A DNA stretch of 64,000 bases from Acidimicrobiales bacterium (GTDB lineage Bacteria > Actinomycetota > Acidimicrobiia > Acidimicrobiales > Bin134): positions 2,974,707 through 3,038,706 of the forward strand of contig OZ220474.1 in NCBI GenBank assembly GCA_965115985.1. Direction: 5' to 3'. Under the pieces are notes generated by a model. The model had not been told where the DNA came from. It saw nothing but the letters and a program-made list of their open reading frames with translations, and did not search any database. This document shows positions 1 to 8,600 of the stretch, one piece after another. The position numbers and the translations under genes are program-made. Every line of letters begins with the position of its first letter. Position 1 is the stretch's first letter.

Positions 1-182
1 AGGCCGAATCCGATGAGGTCGTGGCCGGCACCAAGGTGCTGGCCGTGCTGGAGTCCCTTCCCGGTCTGGGAAAGGTTCGGGCCCGCAGGATGATGGAGGA
101 GGTCGGTATTGCCGACAACCGCCGCGTTCGCGGGTTGGGGGATCAGCAGCGGGCCGAACTGCTCGAACGCTGCGGCGACTAG
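1..182 (+). CDS. mihF: integration host factor mIHF, 3' partial
   Basis: The frame ending at TAG 180-182 reads ...LESLPGLGKVRARRMMEEVGIADNRRVRGLGDQQRAELLERCGD, the C-terminal region of actinobacterial mIHF. It sits at the head of the conserved mihF-gmk-rpoZ-coaBC-metK order. Confidence 0.8.
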   Translation, partial: AESDEVVAGTKVLAVLESLPGLGKVRARRMMEEVGIADNRRVRGLGDQQRAELLERCGD

Positions 183-202
183 ATCAGCCGCTGATAATCG
201 TC

Positions 203-754
203 TTGTCCGGCCCCGGCGGGGTCGGTAAGGGAACTCTCGCGGCTGCTCTGGTGGCGGCCGACCCCAAATTGTGGCTCAGCCGATCGTGGACCACCCGACC
301 TCGTCGCCCGGGGGAGGCCGAGACCGCTTACGTGTTCGCCGACGAGGCTGCTTTTGAGCGAACGGTGGCCGAGGGCGGCTTCGTGGAGTGGGCCGAGGTC
401 GCCGGCAACCTGTACGGCACCCCATGGCCCGATCCGCCCGAGGACAGCGATGTTCTGCTGGAGATAGACGTTCAGGGCGCGATCCAGGTCCGGGCCCGCC
501 ATCCCGACGCCCTGTGCATCTTCGTGGAGGCCCCGTCGGTCGCGGAGCAGGAGTCCCGCCTGCGGGGTCGGGGCGATTCCGAGGCCCACATTGCCCGAAG
601 GCTGGCCATGTCCGATGCCGAGCGGTCCCTGGCTCGCGATCTCGATGCCGTCCTGGTGGTCAACGACCGCTTCGACGAGGCGGTGGCCGAGATCGCCTCG
701 ATTATCGATGAGGCCCGCCGGGGACGGGGGGACGACCCGAGGACCGCAGGATGA
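203..754 (+). CDS. gmk: guanylate kinase
   Basis: 183-aa ORF with P-loop SGPGGVGKGT and the guanylate kinase core (SRSWTTRPRRPGE, FVEWAEVAGNLYGTP). The start is uncertain: TTG 203, or an upstream CTG near 191 that would give LIIVLSGPGG. Confidence 0.9.
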   Translation: MSGPGGVGKGTLAAALVAADPKLWLSRSWTTRPRRPGEAETAYVFADEAAFERTVAEGGFVEWAEVAGNLYGTPWPDPPEDSDVLLEIDVQGAIQVRARHPDALCIFVEAPSVAEQESRLRGRGDSEAHIARRLAMSDAERSLARDLDAVLVVNDRFDEAVAEIASIIDEARRGRGDDPRTAG

Positions 755-880
755 AGTCGGGAACGACGACGAATCGGAGTGATGGCTGAATAACGGATCC
801 GTCGGTCGGCCTTGTTATCATCTACCTGCTCTCCCGGTACCGCCAGGAGGAGGGCTGCTCATCGGAAGAAGGCCGTACAG

Positions 881-1252
881 ATGACCGAACAGCACGACAC
901 CATGATGTATCCGACCATCGAGGAGCTTCTGGGACGTACCGGTTCCAAGTTTCGCCTGGTCACCCTGGGGGCGCTGCGGGCCTGCCAGATCAACTCGTAC
1001 TTCGGCCAGCTCGGCGACGGCCTGGGAGCCATGGTTCCACCCCAGGTGATGACCACGTCCCGCAAGCCCTTGTCCATCGCCTTCGAGGAGGTCGCGGCCG
1101 ACAAGATCGTCGCGGCCGATCCGGTGGAGGCGTCGGAGCCGGAAGAGGCAATCCTGCCCGGTGCCATGATTCCCACCGGTGAGGCCGTTCTCGGCGGCGA
1201 TGCTTCCGACACCGCCGATGAGGACGGATCCGGCCTCGACCCTGCATCCTGA
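881..1252 (+). CDS. rpoZ: DNA-directed RNA polymerase subunit omega
   Basis: From the internal ATG at 881 the ORF 812-1252 reads MTEQHDTMMYPTIEELLGRTGSKFRLVTLGALRACQI, a typical omega N-terminus. It has an acidic C-terminal tail and lies between gmk and coaBC. Confidence 0.85.
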   Translation: MTEQHDTMMYPTIEELLGRTGSKFRLVTLGALRACQINSYFGQLGDGLGAMVPPQVMTTSRKPLSIAFEEVAADKIVAADPVEASEPEEAILPGAMIPTGEAVLGGDASDTADEDGSGLDPAS

Positions 1253-1260
1253 CCGAAGCC

Positions 1261-2580
1261 ATGTCCGCGGTTGCCGGCAAGCGCATCGTGCTCGGTGTGA
1301 GCGGGGGCATCGCGGCTTACAAGGCGATAGAGATCTGCCGGCTGCTGATGGACGGCGGGGCCCACGTGATTCCGGTGCTGACCAGGGGAGCCACCCGGTT
1401 CGTGGGCCGGACCACGTTCGACGCCCTGGCCTCCGAGCCGGCCCGCACCAGCCTGTTCGACGAGGACGATCCCATTCCCCACACCACCCTGGGGCAAACC
1501 GCGGACTGCATGGTGGTGGCTCCCGCCACGGCCAGGGTGATCGGTGCCCACGCCGCCGGCATCAGCTCCGATCTGTTGACCGCCACTCTTTTGGCCACCC
1601 GGGCTCCGGTGGTGATCTGCCCGGCCATGCACGCCGAGATGTGGGAGCACCCGGCGGTGGTCGCCAACGTGGCCACGCTGGTGGAGCGGGGCGTCCACAT
1701 CGTCGGACCGGAATCGGGCCTGCTGGCCGGTGGCGACGAGGGGGTCGGGCGCCTGAGTTCCCCGGAGGAGGTCGTGGCCGCGGTTGGTCGAGTTCTGTCT
1801 CGGGCCGAGGGCCCGGGCCCCGGGGCTCGCGATCGTGATGCCGAGGGCCCGGGCCCCGGGGCTCGCGATCGTGATGCCGAGGGCCCGGGCCCCGGAGCCC
1901 GCGATCGCGATATGGCCGGACTGTCGGTGGTGGTGACCGCCGGTGGCACCCGGGAACCCATTGATCCGATCCGCTACATCGGGAACCGGTCCTCGGGCAA
2001 GCAGGGTCATGCCTTCGCCGACGAGGCCGCCGGTCGGGGAGCCGAGGTGACCATCGTCACCACCGTGGCCCGTCCCGGGCCTCCGGGCGCGACCGTGGTC
2101 GTGGTGGACACCGCCGCGGAGATGGCCGCCGCCACCGCCGGGGCCGCCGCCGATGCCGACGTGGTGATAATGGCGGCCGCGGTGGCCGATTTTCGCCCGG
2201 TCGATCCGGCCGGCGTGAAGCTCAAAAAGCGCGATGGAATGCCGACCATCGAGCTGGAACCCACTCCCGACATCCTGGCCTCGCTGGGGGCGTCGAAGCC
2301 GGAGGGACAGATTCTGGTGGGTTTCGCGGCCGAGACCTGCGACCTGGCCGCCAATGCCGTCGCGAAACTCAGCGGCAAGGGGGCCGACTACATCGTGGCC
2401 AACGACGTGACCGCCGAGAACGCCGGTTTCGCCGGTGACACCAACGAAGTCCTGGTGCTGGCCTCCGACGGTCGCAGGCACCCGGTAGGTTTGCGCTCCA
2501 AGCGGGAGGTGGCCCGAGCCGTCCTCGACCTGGTGGTGGCCGACCGGAGTGGCCGGGGCGGATCCAATACTGGTAGCTAG
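1261..2580 (+). CDS. coaBC: bifunctional phosphopantothenoylcysteine decarboxylase / phosphopantothenate-cysteine ligase
   Basis: 439 aa. The N-terminal flavoprotein domain reads [23 protein letters not shown]. The C-terminal CoaB domain reads [27 protein letters not shown] and ANDV. Confidence 0.93.
   Translation: MSAVAGKRIVLGVSGGIAAYKAIEICRLLMDGGAHVIPVLTRGATRFVGRTTFDALASEPARTSLFDEDDPIPHTTLGQTADCMVVAPATARVIGAHAAGISSDLLTATLLATRAPVVICPAMHAEMWEHPAVVANVATLVERGVHIVGPESGLLAGGDEGVGRLSSPEEVVAAVGRVLSRAEGPGPGARDRDAEGPGPGARDRDAEGPGPGARDRDMAGLSVVVTAGGTREPIDPIRYIGNRSSGKQGHAFADEAAGRGAEVTIVTTVARPGPPGATVVVVDTAAEMAAATAGAAADADVVIMAAAVADFRPVDPAGVKLKKRDGMPTIELEPTPDILASLGASKPEGQILVGFAAETCDLAANAVAKLSGKGADYIVANDVTAENAGFAGDTNEVLVLASDGRRHPVGLRSKREVARAVLDLVVADRSGRGGSNTGS
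1804..1911 (+). repeat. 36-bp x3 in-frame tandem repeat inside coaBC, encoding ([12 protein letters not shown])x3
   Basis: Copies at 1804-1839 and 1840-1875 are identical. The third copy (1876-1911) has 3 substitutions. The array falls in the CoaC-CoaB interdomain linker. Confidence 0.95.
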
Positions 2581-2588
2581 GAGATTCA

Positions 2589-3767
2589 ATGAGCCGAGGT
2601 TCCGACAGCCGGTACCGTTTCACGTCCGAATCGGTGACCGGCGGCCATCCCGACAAGATCGCCGATCAGATCTCCGACGGGGTGCTGGATGCCCTGATGG
2701 AGGCGGACCCCACCAGCCGGGTGGCGTGCGAGACCCTGGTCACCACCGGTTTGGTGGTGGTGGCCGGGGAGATCACCACCGAGGCCTACATCGACATCTC
2801 CCGGGTGGTGCGCGACACCATCACCGGGATCGGCTACGACCGGGAGGACTTCGGTTTCGACGGCAACACCTGCGGGGTCATGCTGTCCATCGACGACCAG
2901 TCCCCCGACATCGCCCAGGGGGTGGACCGGCCCGACCCGGGAGAGCAGGGGGCCGGCGACCAGGGCATGATGTTCGGCTTCGCCTGTGACGAGACCCCGG
3001 AGCTGATGCCCCTTCCCATCCACGTCGCCCACCGGATGGTGGAACGCCTCACCGAGGTTCGCCGCTCGGGGTCGGTGCCCTACCTGCGGCCCGACGGCAA
3101 GAGCCAGGTGACGTTCGAGTACGAGGGAAACCGGCCGGTGGCCCTCGGCACCGTGGTGATGTCGGCCCACCACCGCGACGGGATCACCATGGAGGAGATG
3201 AGGGACGACCTGAGGGAGCAGGTGGTCGATCCGGCGGTGCCCGAGCGGTTCCGGGGGGACGGCTACGAGGTTCTGATCAATCCCACCGGCAAGTTCGTCA
3301 GGGGCGGGCCGGTGGCCGATGCCGGGCTCACCGGGCGCAAGATCATCGTGGACACCTACGGGGGCATGGCCCGTCACGGCGGGGGGGCCTTCTCGGGCAA
3401 GGACCCCAGCAAGGTGGATCGCTCCGGGGCCTACGCCGCCCGCTGGGTGGCCAAGAACGTGGTGGCCTCGGGGGCGGCCACCCGGTGCGAGGTTCAGGTG
3501 TCCTACGCCATAGGCGTCGCCGACCCGGTGTCGGTGATGGTGGAGACCTTCGGGACCGAGACGGTGGATCCGGCCAGGATCGGCCACCAGGTACACGAGA
3601 TCTTCGACCTTCGACCCGCGGCCATCATCCGGGACCTGGATCTGCTGCGGCCCATCTACCGGCCGACCGCGGCCTACGGCCACTTCGGGCGCAGCCCCGA
3701 GAGCACGTTCACCTGGGAACGCACCAACCGGGTGGACGATCTCCGCGCCGCGTTGGGGTTGTCCTAA
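2589..3767 (+). CDS. metK: S-adenosylmethionine synthetase
   Basis: 392 aa with canonical MetK motifs: [48 protein letters not shown]. Confidence 0.97.
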   Translation: MSRGSDSRYRFTSESVTGGHPDKIADQISDGVLDALMEADPTSRVACETLVTTGLVVVAGEITTEAYIDISRVVRDTITGIGYDREDFGFDGNTCGVMLSIDDQSPDIAQGVDRPDPGEQGAGDQGMMFGFACDETPELMPLPIHVAHRMVERLTEVRRSGSVPYLRPDGKSQVTFEYEGNRPVALGTVVMSAHHRDGITMEEMRDDLREQVVDPAVPERFRGDGYEVLINPTGKFVRGGPVADAGLTGRKIIVDTYGGMARHGGGAFSGKDPSKVDRSGAYAARWVAKNVVASGAATRCEVQVSYAIGVADPVSVMVETFGTETVDPARIGHQVHEIFDLRPAAIIRDLDLLRPIYRPTAAYGHFGRSPESTFTWERTNRVDDLRAALGLS

Positions 3768-3782
3768 CCGCTCACCGGAAAA

Positions 3783-5495
3783 TTGCATGTCCGGGTCCTG
3801 CCCGATGTCGTCGCCATAGATCGCGAGTTCACCTACACGGTTCCCGAGGGCTGGGACGACGACCCCCGCTTCGGGGTGGGATCCATGGTCCGGGTGATGC
3901 TGGGCGGTCGCCGGACGGGGGGGTGGATCACCGCGGTGGACGTGGAACCGCCCGAGGGGGTGGAGCCGGTGCCGCTGGCCCGGTTGAGCGGGTTGGGGCC
4001 CGACGGGGGGTTGATCGATCTGAGCGGGTGGGCGGCTTGGCGCTGGGCCGGCCGTCGGGCCCACTTCCTGCGCACCGCCTCGCCCTCCCGCATGGTGGCT
4101 GCCCGTCCCCGCCCTCGGCGCTCCCGGTTGGTGGCCTCCGACGACCATGCCGACCTGTTCGCCGGCGAGGGTTGTGTTCTGCGGTCGGGGCCCTCGACCG
4201 ATCTTCTGCCCATCGCCGTGGCCGCGGCGGCTCGGGGCCAGGCGTTGATCCTGGTGCCCGACCACGAGCGGGCCGATCACCTGGTGCGGGGTCTGCGTCG
4301 GGCCGGGGCGTGGGCCGTGCGCCACCCCGAGGGTTGGGCCTCGGCCTCGGCCGGGGCCACCGTGGTGGGTACCTTGTCGGCGGCGTGGGCTCCCGCTCCC
4401 GAGTTGGCCGCGGTGCTGGTGGTCGACGAGCACGACGAGTCGTACCGCTCGGAGTCCGCCCCCACCTGGAGCGGCCGGGACGTGGCCCTGGAGCGGGCCC
4501 GCCGGGCCGGTGCTCCCTGCGTCATGTTGTCGCCGGTGCCCAGCCTGGAGGCGCTCCGGTCCCGCCGTCTGCTGCGGCCGGCTCGGGGCGTCGAGCGCGA
4601 CGGTTGGCCGCGGGTGGAGGTGGTGGATCGTCGCGGCGAGGATCCGGTGCGGGCCGGTCTCTATTCCCCGACGTTGGTTCGGGCGCTGCGGGAGGGCACC
4701 CGGGTGGCGTGCGTGTTGAACCGGCTGGGACGTTCGGTGCTGCTGGCCTGCCGGGTGTGCGGCGAGCTGGCGGTATGCACCGAATGCCGGTCGTCCATGC
4801 GTCAGACCGACGACGGGCGGTTGCGGTGCCGGACGGGGGATCACACTCGCCCCCAGATTTGTGCCGACTGCGGCAGCACCGGGATGCGTAACCTTCGGGC
4901 CGGGGTGAACCGGGTCCGTGAGGAGGTGGAGGCGCTGGTGCGCTCCCCGGTGGCGGAGGTCACCGGTAGGGGCTACGACGGCGCGCCCACTGCTCGGGTG
5001 GTGGTGGGCACCGAGGCGGTTCTGCATCTGGGCCGCCCGTTCGACCTGGTGGCTTTTTTAGAGTTCGACCAGGAGCTGCTGGCCCCCCGGTTCCGGGCTC
5101 GGGAGCAGGCGCTGGCCCTCATGGCCCGGGCGGCCCGGGTGACCGGCCCCCGTGCCACCGGCGGGCGCATCCTGGCGCAGACCCGGCTCCCCGACGACCC
5201 CGTGGTGGTGGCCGCGTTCCGAGCCGATCCGGCGATCCTGGCCCGTTACGAGCGGGACCACCGCCAGGAACTCCGTCTGCCTCCCTACGGGGCCATGGCC
5301 GTGGTGTCCGGCCCGGCCGCCGGGGAGTACATGGAGCGCCTCGGCAACCCACCGGGCCTCCGCACGGCCCCCGGCCCGGACGACCGTTTCTTTCTGCGAG
5401 CCCCCGACCACGACGTCCTGTGCGACGCCCTGGCCTCGGTGGAGCGCCCTTCCGGCCGTCTCCGCATCGATGTGGATCCCGTCAGGGCCATCTAG
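3783..5495 (+). CDS. priA: primosomal protein N' (PriA), actinobacterial type
   Basis: 570 aa with a TTG start. It has the Cys-rich zinc-binding insert CRVCGELAVCTECRSSMRQ...CADCGS and keeps the conserved position after metK. Confidence 0.8.
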   Translation: MHVRVLPDVVAIDREFTYTVPEGWDDDPRFGVGSMVRVMLGGRRTGGWITAVDVEPPEGVEPVPLARLSGLGPDGGLIDLSGWAAWRWAGRRAHFLRTASPSRMVAARPRPRRSRLVASDDHADLFAGEGCVLRSGPSTDLLPIAVAAAARGQALILVPDHERADHLVRGLRRAGAWAVRHPEGWASASAGATVVGTLSAAWAPAPELAAVLVVDEHDESYRSESAPTWSGRDVALERARRAGAPCVMLSPVPSLEALRSRRLLRPARGVERDGWPRVEVVDRRGEDPVRAGLYSPTLVRALREGTRVACVLNRLGRSVLLACRVCGELAVCTECRSSMRQTDDGRLRCRTGDHTRPQICADCGSTGMRNLRAGVNRVREEVEALVRSPVAEVTGRGYDGAPTARVVVGTEAVLHLGRPFDLVAFLEFDQELLAPRFRAREQALALMARAARVTGPRATGGRILAQTRLPDDPVVVAAFRADPAILARYERDHRQELRLPPYGAMAVVSGPAAGEYMERLGNPPGLRTAPGPDDRFFLRAPDHDVLCDALASVERPSGRLRIDVDPVRAI

Positions 5496-5567
5496 CTGGT
5501 CGGTACCGTCCCGCTCGGAGTCGGTGCGGATGTCGGCATCGATGTGGATCCGGTCAGGACCATCTAG
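5464..5567 (+). repeat. Direct repeat of the priA 3' end including its TAG (period 72 bp, 2 copies of a 32-bp core)
   Basis: gcatcgatgtggatcccgtcagggccatctag at 5464-5495 recurs as gcatcgatgtggatccggtcaggaccatctag at 5536-5567. Confidence 0.9.
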
Positions 5568-5598
5568 GTATCGGGGTTGAGGGGTGTTTTGGGATGTG

Positions 5599-5630
5599 TT
5601 GTGCCCCCCGGGGGGACCCGGGGGGCACAA
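5599..5630. terminator. Bidirectional stem-loop between convergent priA and the FN3 gene
   Basis: Perfect 14-bp stem ttgtgccccccggg / cccggggggcacaa with loop ggga. It is followed on the + strand by a T/G-rich tract (ctgtttgggtttgggttttggg). Confidence 0.6.
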
Positions 5631-5658
5631 CTGTTTGGGTTTGGGTTTTGGGATCTTG

Positions 5659-8600
5659 TTATGGGCCGCAGACGTCGGCGGCTAGGTCTGCGGGGGTGTC
5701 GCCGTAGTTGGTTCCTTTGAGGCGGCGGCATTCCTCGGTGAGTGCGGTTTTGAACTCGTCGTGGTGGATGGCGGCGAGGGCGTCGCCTGCTTTTTGGCGG
5801 GCTATGGCTTCGCGGCGGGTGTAGGGCAGCGAGCAGACGTCGGCCACTCCGTCGCGGTCCGAGTCGAGGGGGTAGGTGGTGGGCCCGCCCAGGGAGCGGT
5901 TGGTGCAGTAGCCGGGGCCGGTGATGGTGCCCGAGTAGTAGGGGCCGCCGTCGTTGATGGGCGCGTATCCCGGAGCGGCCAGCGTGTCGCCGCCGCAGGC
6001 CTGGTCGCCGTCGGGTTCGGCGGCGCAGGCGGCGTTGACCAGTGCTCGGTATTGGTCGGGGTAACGGTTGGCCAGGGTGATTACCGCGTTTTGGCGGGCT
6101 ATGGCTTCGCGGCGGGTATAGGGCAGCGAGCAGGTGTCGGCCACGCCGTTGCCGTCGCCGTCGAGGGCGAACAGGCGGGCTCCGCCCAGGGATCGGTCGG
6201 TGCAGAAGTCGGGGCCGTCGACCACGCCTGAGTAGTAGTCGTCGTTCACCGGTGGGGCCGAAGTGGGTGTCACCGGGTCGGAGGTGGTGACCGCGCCGTC
6301 GCCGATGGCGTTGGTGGCTCTGACCTCGAATGTGTAGGCCACTGCGCCGGTGCCGGTGTCCAAACCGGTCAGGCTCGCCCCTTCTGCGTCGGCGGCCATC
6401 ATGGTCCACTCGCCGTAGTCGCCGACCCCAACTCGCATGCGGTAGTGCCAGCCGGTGATTTGTGAGCCGCCGTCGCCGGTCGAGGCCCATGACAGGGTGA
6501 TTTCCCCGTCGCCGCCGGTAACGGTCACCGTCGGCGCCGACGGTACCGTCGCCGGGGTGGCCGATTCGGTGGTTACCGCGCCGTCGCCCATGGCGTTGGT
6601 GGCTCGTACTCCGAAGGTGTAGGCGGTTCCGTTGGTCAAGTCGGAAACGACATGGCTAGTGGCATCGGCGGCGAGGTCGGCCCATTCGCCGTCGCCGGTT
6701 CGCACGTGCCATCCGGTGATCGCCGAACCGTTGTCGCCGTTGGAGGTCCACGACAACATCACCATCATGTCGCCGGCCTCGGCGGTCAGCGTCGGCGCCG
6801 GGGGTGTTCCTGCGGGGGTGGCCGACGCGGTGGCGGCCTCGCCGGCACCGACCGCGTTCACCGCCCGCACTCCGAAGGTGTATGCGGTTCCGTTGTCCAG
6901 GTTGGATATCGACACGGTGTTGGTCGCGGAGGTGGTCAGATCGGCCCATTCGCCGTCACCGGTTCGAGACTGCCAGCCGGTGATGACCGAACCGCCATCA
7001 CCGTTGGGGGTCCACGACAGAGTGACCGCCATATCACCGGCTTCGGCGGTCAGCGTCGGCGCGGGAGGCACCACCGCGGGCGTGGCCGAATCAGACCCGG
7101 CTTCGCTGGCTCCCATGGGGTTTATCGCCCGCACCTCGAACGTGTAGGGAACACCGTTGGTCAGATCGGTGATGGTGTGGCCGGTGGTGGTGGCGTCGCT
7201 GTCGGCGATGTCGGTCCACGTCGCGAAGGCGCCGTCGCCGGTTCTCGTGCGGTATTGCCAGCTCGTGGTGGGCGACGCCCAGGTGGGCTCGCCGGGTGTA
7301 CCGGGGGTGCCCGCGGTCCATGTCAGTATTACTTGGCGGTCGCCGCGAGAAGCGGTCACCTGGGCCGGTTGGGGCGGTGTGGTGGACGGGGTGACGGTGT
7401 TTGACTCGAACTCGAATCCTTTGACCTGCTGGTTGTTGGTCACTGCTCGTACTGCGAATCGGTAGCCGATCCCGTTGGACAAACCGGTCACGGTATGAGA
7501 GGTGGTGGCGGGGCCGCTGTTTTCTATGTCGGTCCATGCTGCGTAGCCGCCGTCGTCTTGGCGTTGGCGGTATTGCCAGGCGGTGATGGTGCTGCCGGCG
7601 GAGGCGGCTCCGGCCCATGACAGCATGACCTGGGTGTCGCCGGCTCGGGCGTTGAGTGTTCCTGCGGTGGGGGCGCCGATGGGTATCACCGCGGAGGTCT
7701 CCAGGTGGGGGCCTGGCCCGTAGGTGTTCACTGCTCGTACTTGGAAGGTGTAGCTGACGCCGTTTTCCAGGTTGCGTATCACCGCACCGGTTTCTGCCGA
7801 GGGGCGGTCCGTTTTGAAGTTCGCGGTCTTCGGTATCGTGGTGCCCAGAGTTTCCCAGGCCTCCCAGGGTTCGCCGACGCGTTTTTTGCGAACCTGGTAT
7901 CCGGTCACTCGGTCGCCGCGAACGGTCGCCGATTCGTCCGAAAGCGCAAGCAGCGATGGTTTGGTGACCCTGAACGTGACCTGGGCGTCGCCGGCCTCCA
8001 CCAGTGCTCGTACCGGTGGGTTGGGTACTCGGCCCGGGGTGACGGGCAACGTCTGGGCGGCGGCTCCGGCGCCGATGGCGTTTATCGCTCTGATCCTGTA
8101 GGTGTAGGCGGTGCCGTTGGTCAACCCCGACACGATCGCGGAGGCGGCGGCGGGGTTGCGGCCGGGCACGTCGGTCCAGTCGTCCGCGGCGTCGCAGTCG
8201 GTGGAGAAGTCGCAGTACTGCCACTTGGTGATCGCCGGGCCACCGCTGCCGGCCGACGTCCAGGTGAGGGTCACCTGTCGGTCGCCGCCGGTCGCGGTCA
8301 ACCCCTCGGGGGCCGGAGGAGGGACTCCGGGGGTGACTGGTTTGGATTCCATGGTTATGCCGGGCAACGAGCCCAGTACGGCGCGGATTCTGAATTGGTG
8401 GGCCACGCCGTTGCCGAGGCCGTCGATTTCGAGTTCTTGGCTGTTGTTGAACTGCAAGCCGTTGTTGACGAACGTCCACTCTCCCCAGTCGCCGTCGGCG
8501 ATCTTGTAGGAGTACTCCCAACCGATGGTGCCGCCGAGGTTTTCCATCTGGCTCCTGGTCGAGATCGCGGAGTTGGCCGCGGCGGTGTCCCTGAGGCTCA

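Noticed and set aside
859-5027. Long minus-strand ORFs 859-2589 (576 aa) and 2586-5027 (813 aa), antisense to rpoZ, coaBC, metK and priA
   Set aside because: Their products are Arg/Gly/Pro/His-rich low-complexity strings with no motifs. They lie exactly opposite genes with unambiguous homology. These are typical shadow ORFs of high-GC DNA.
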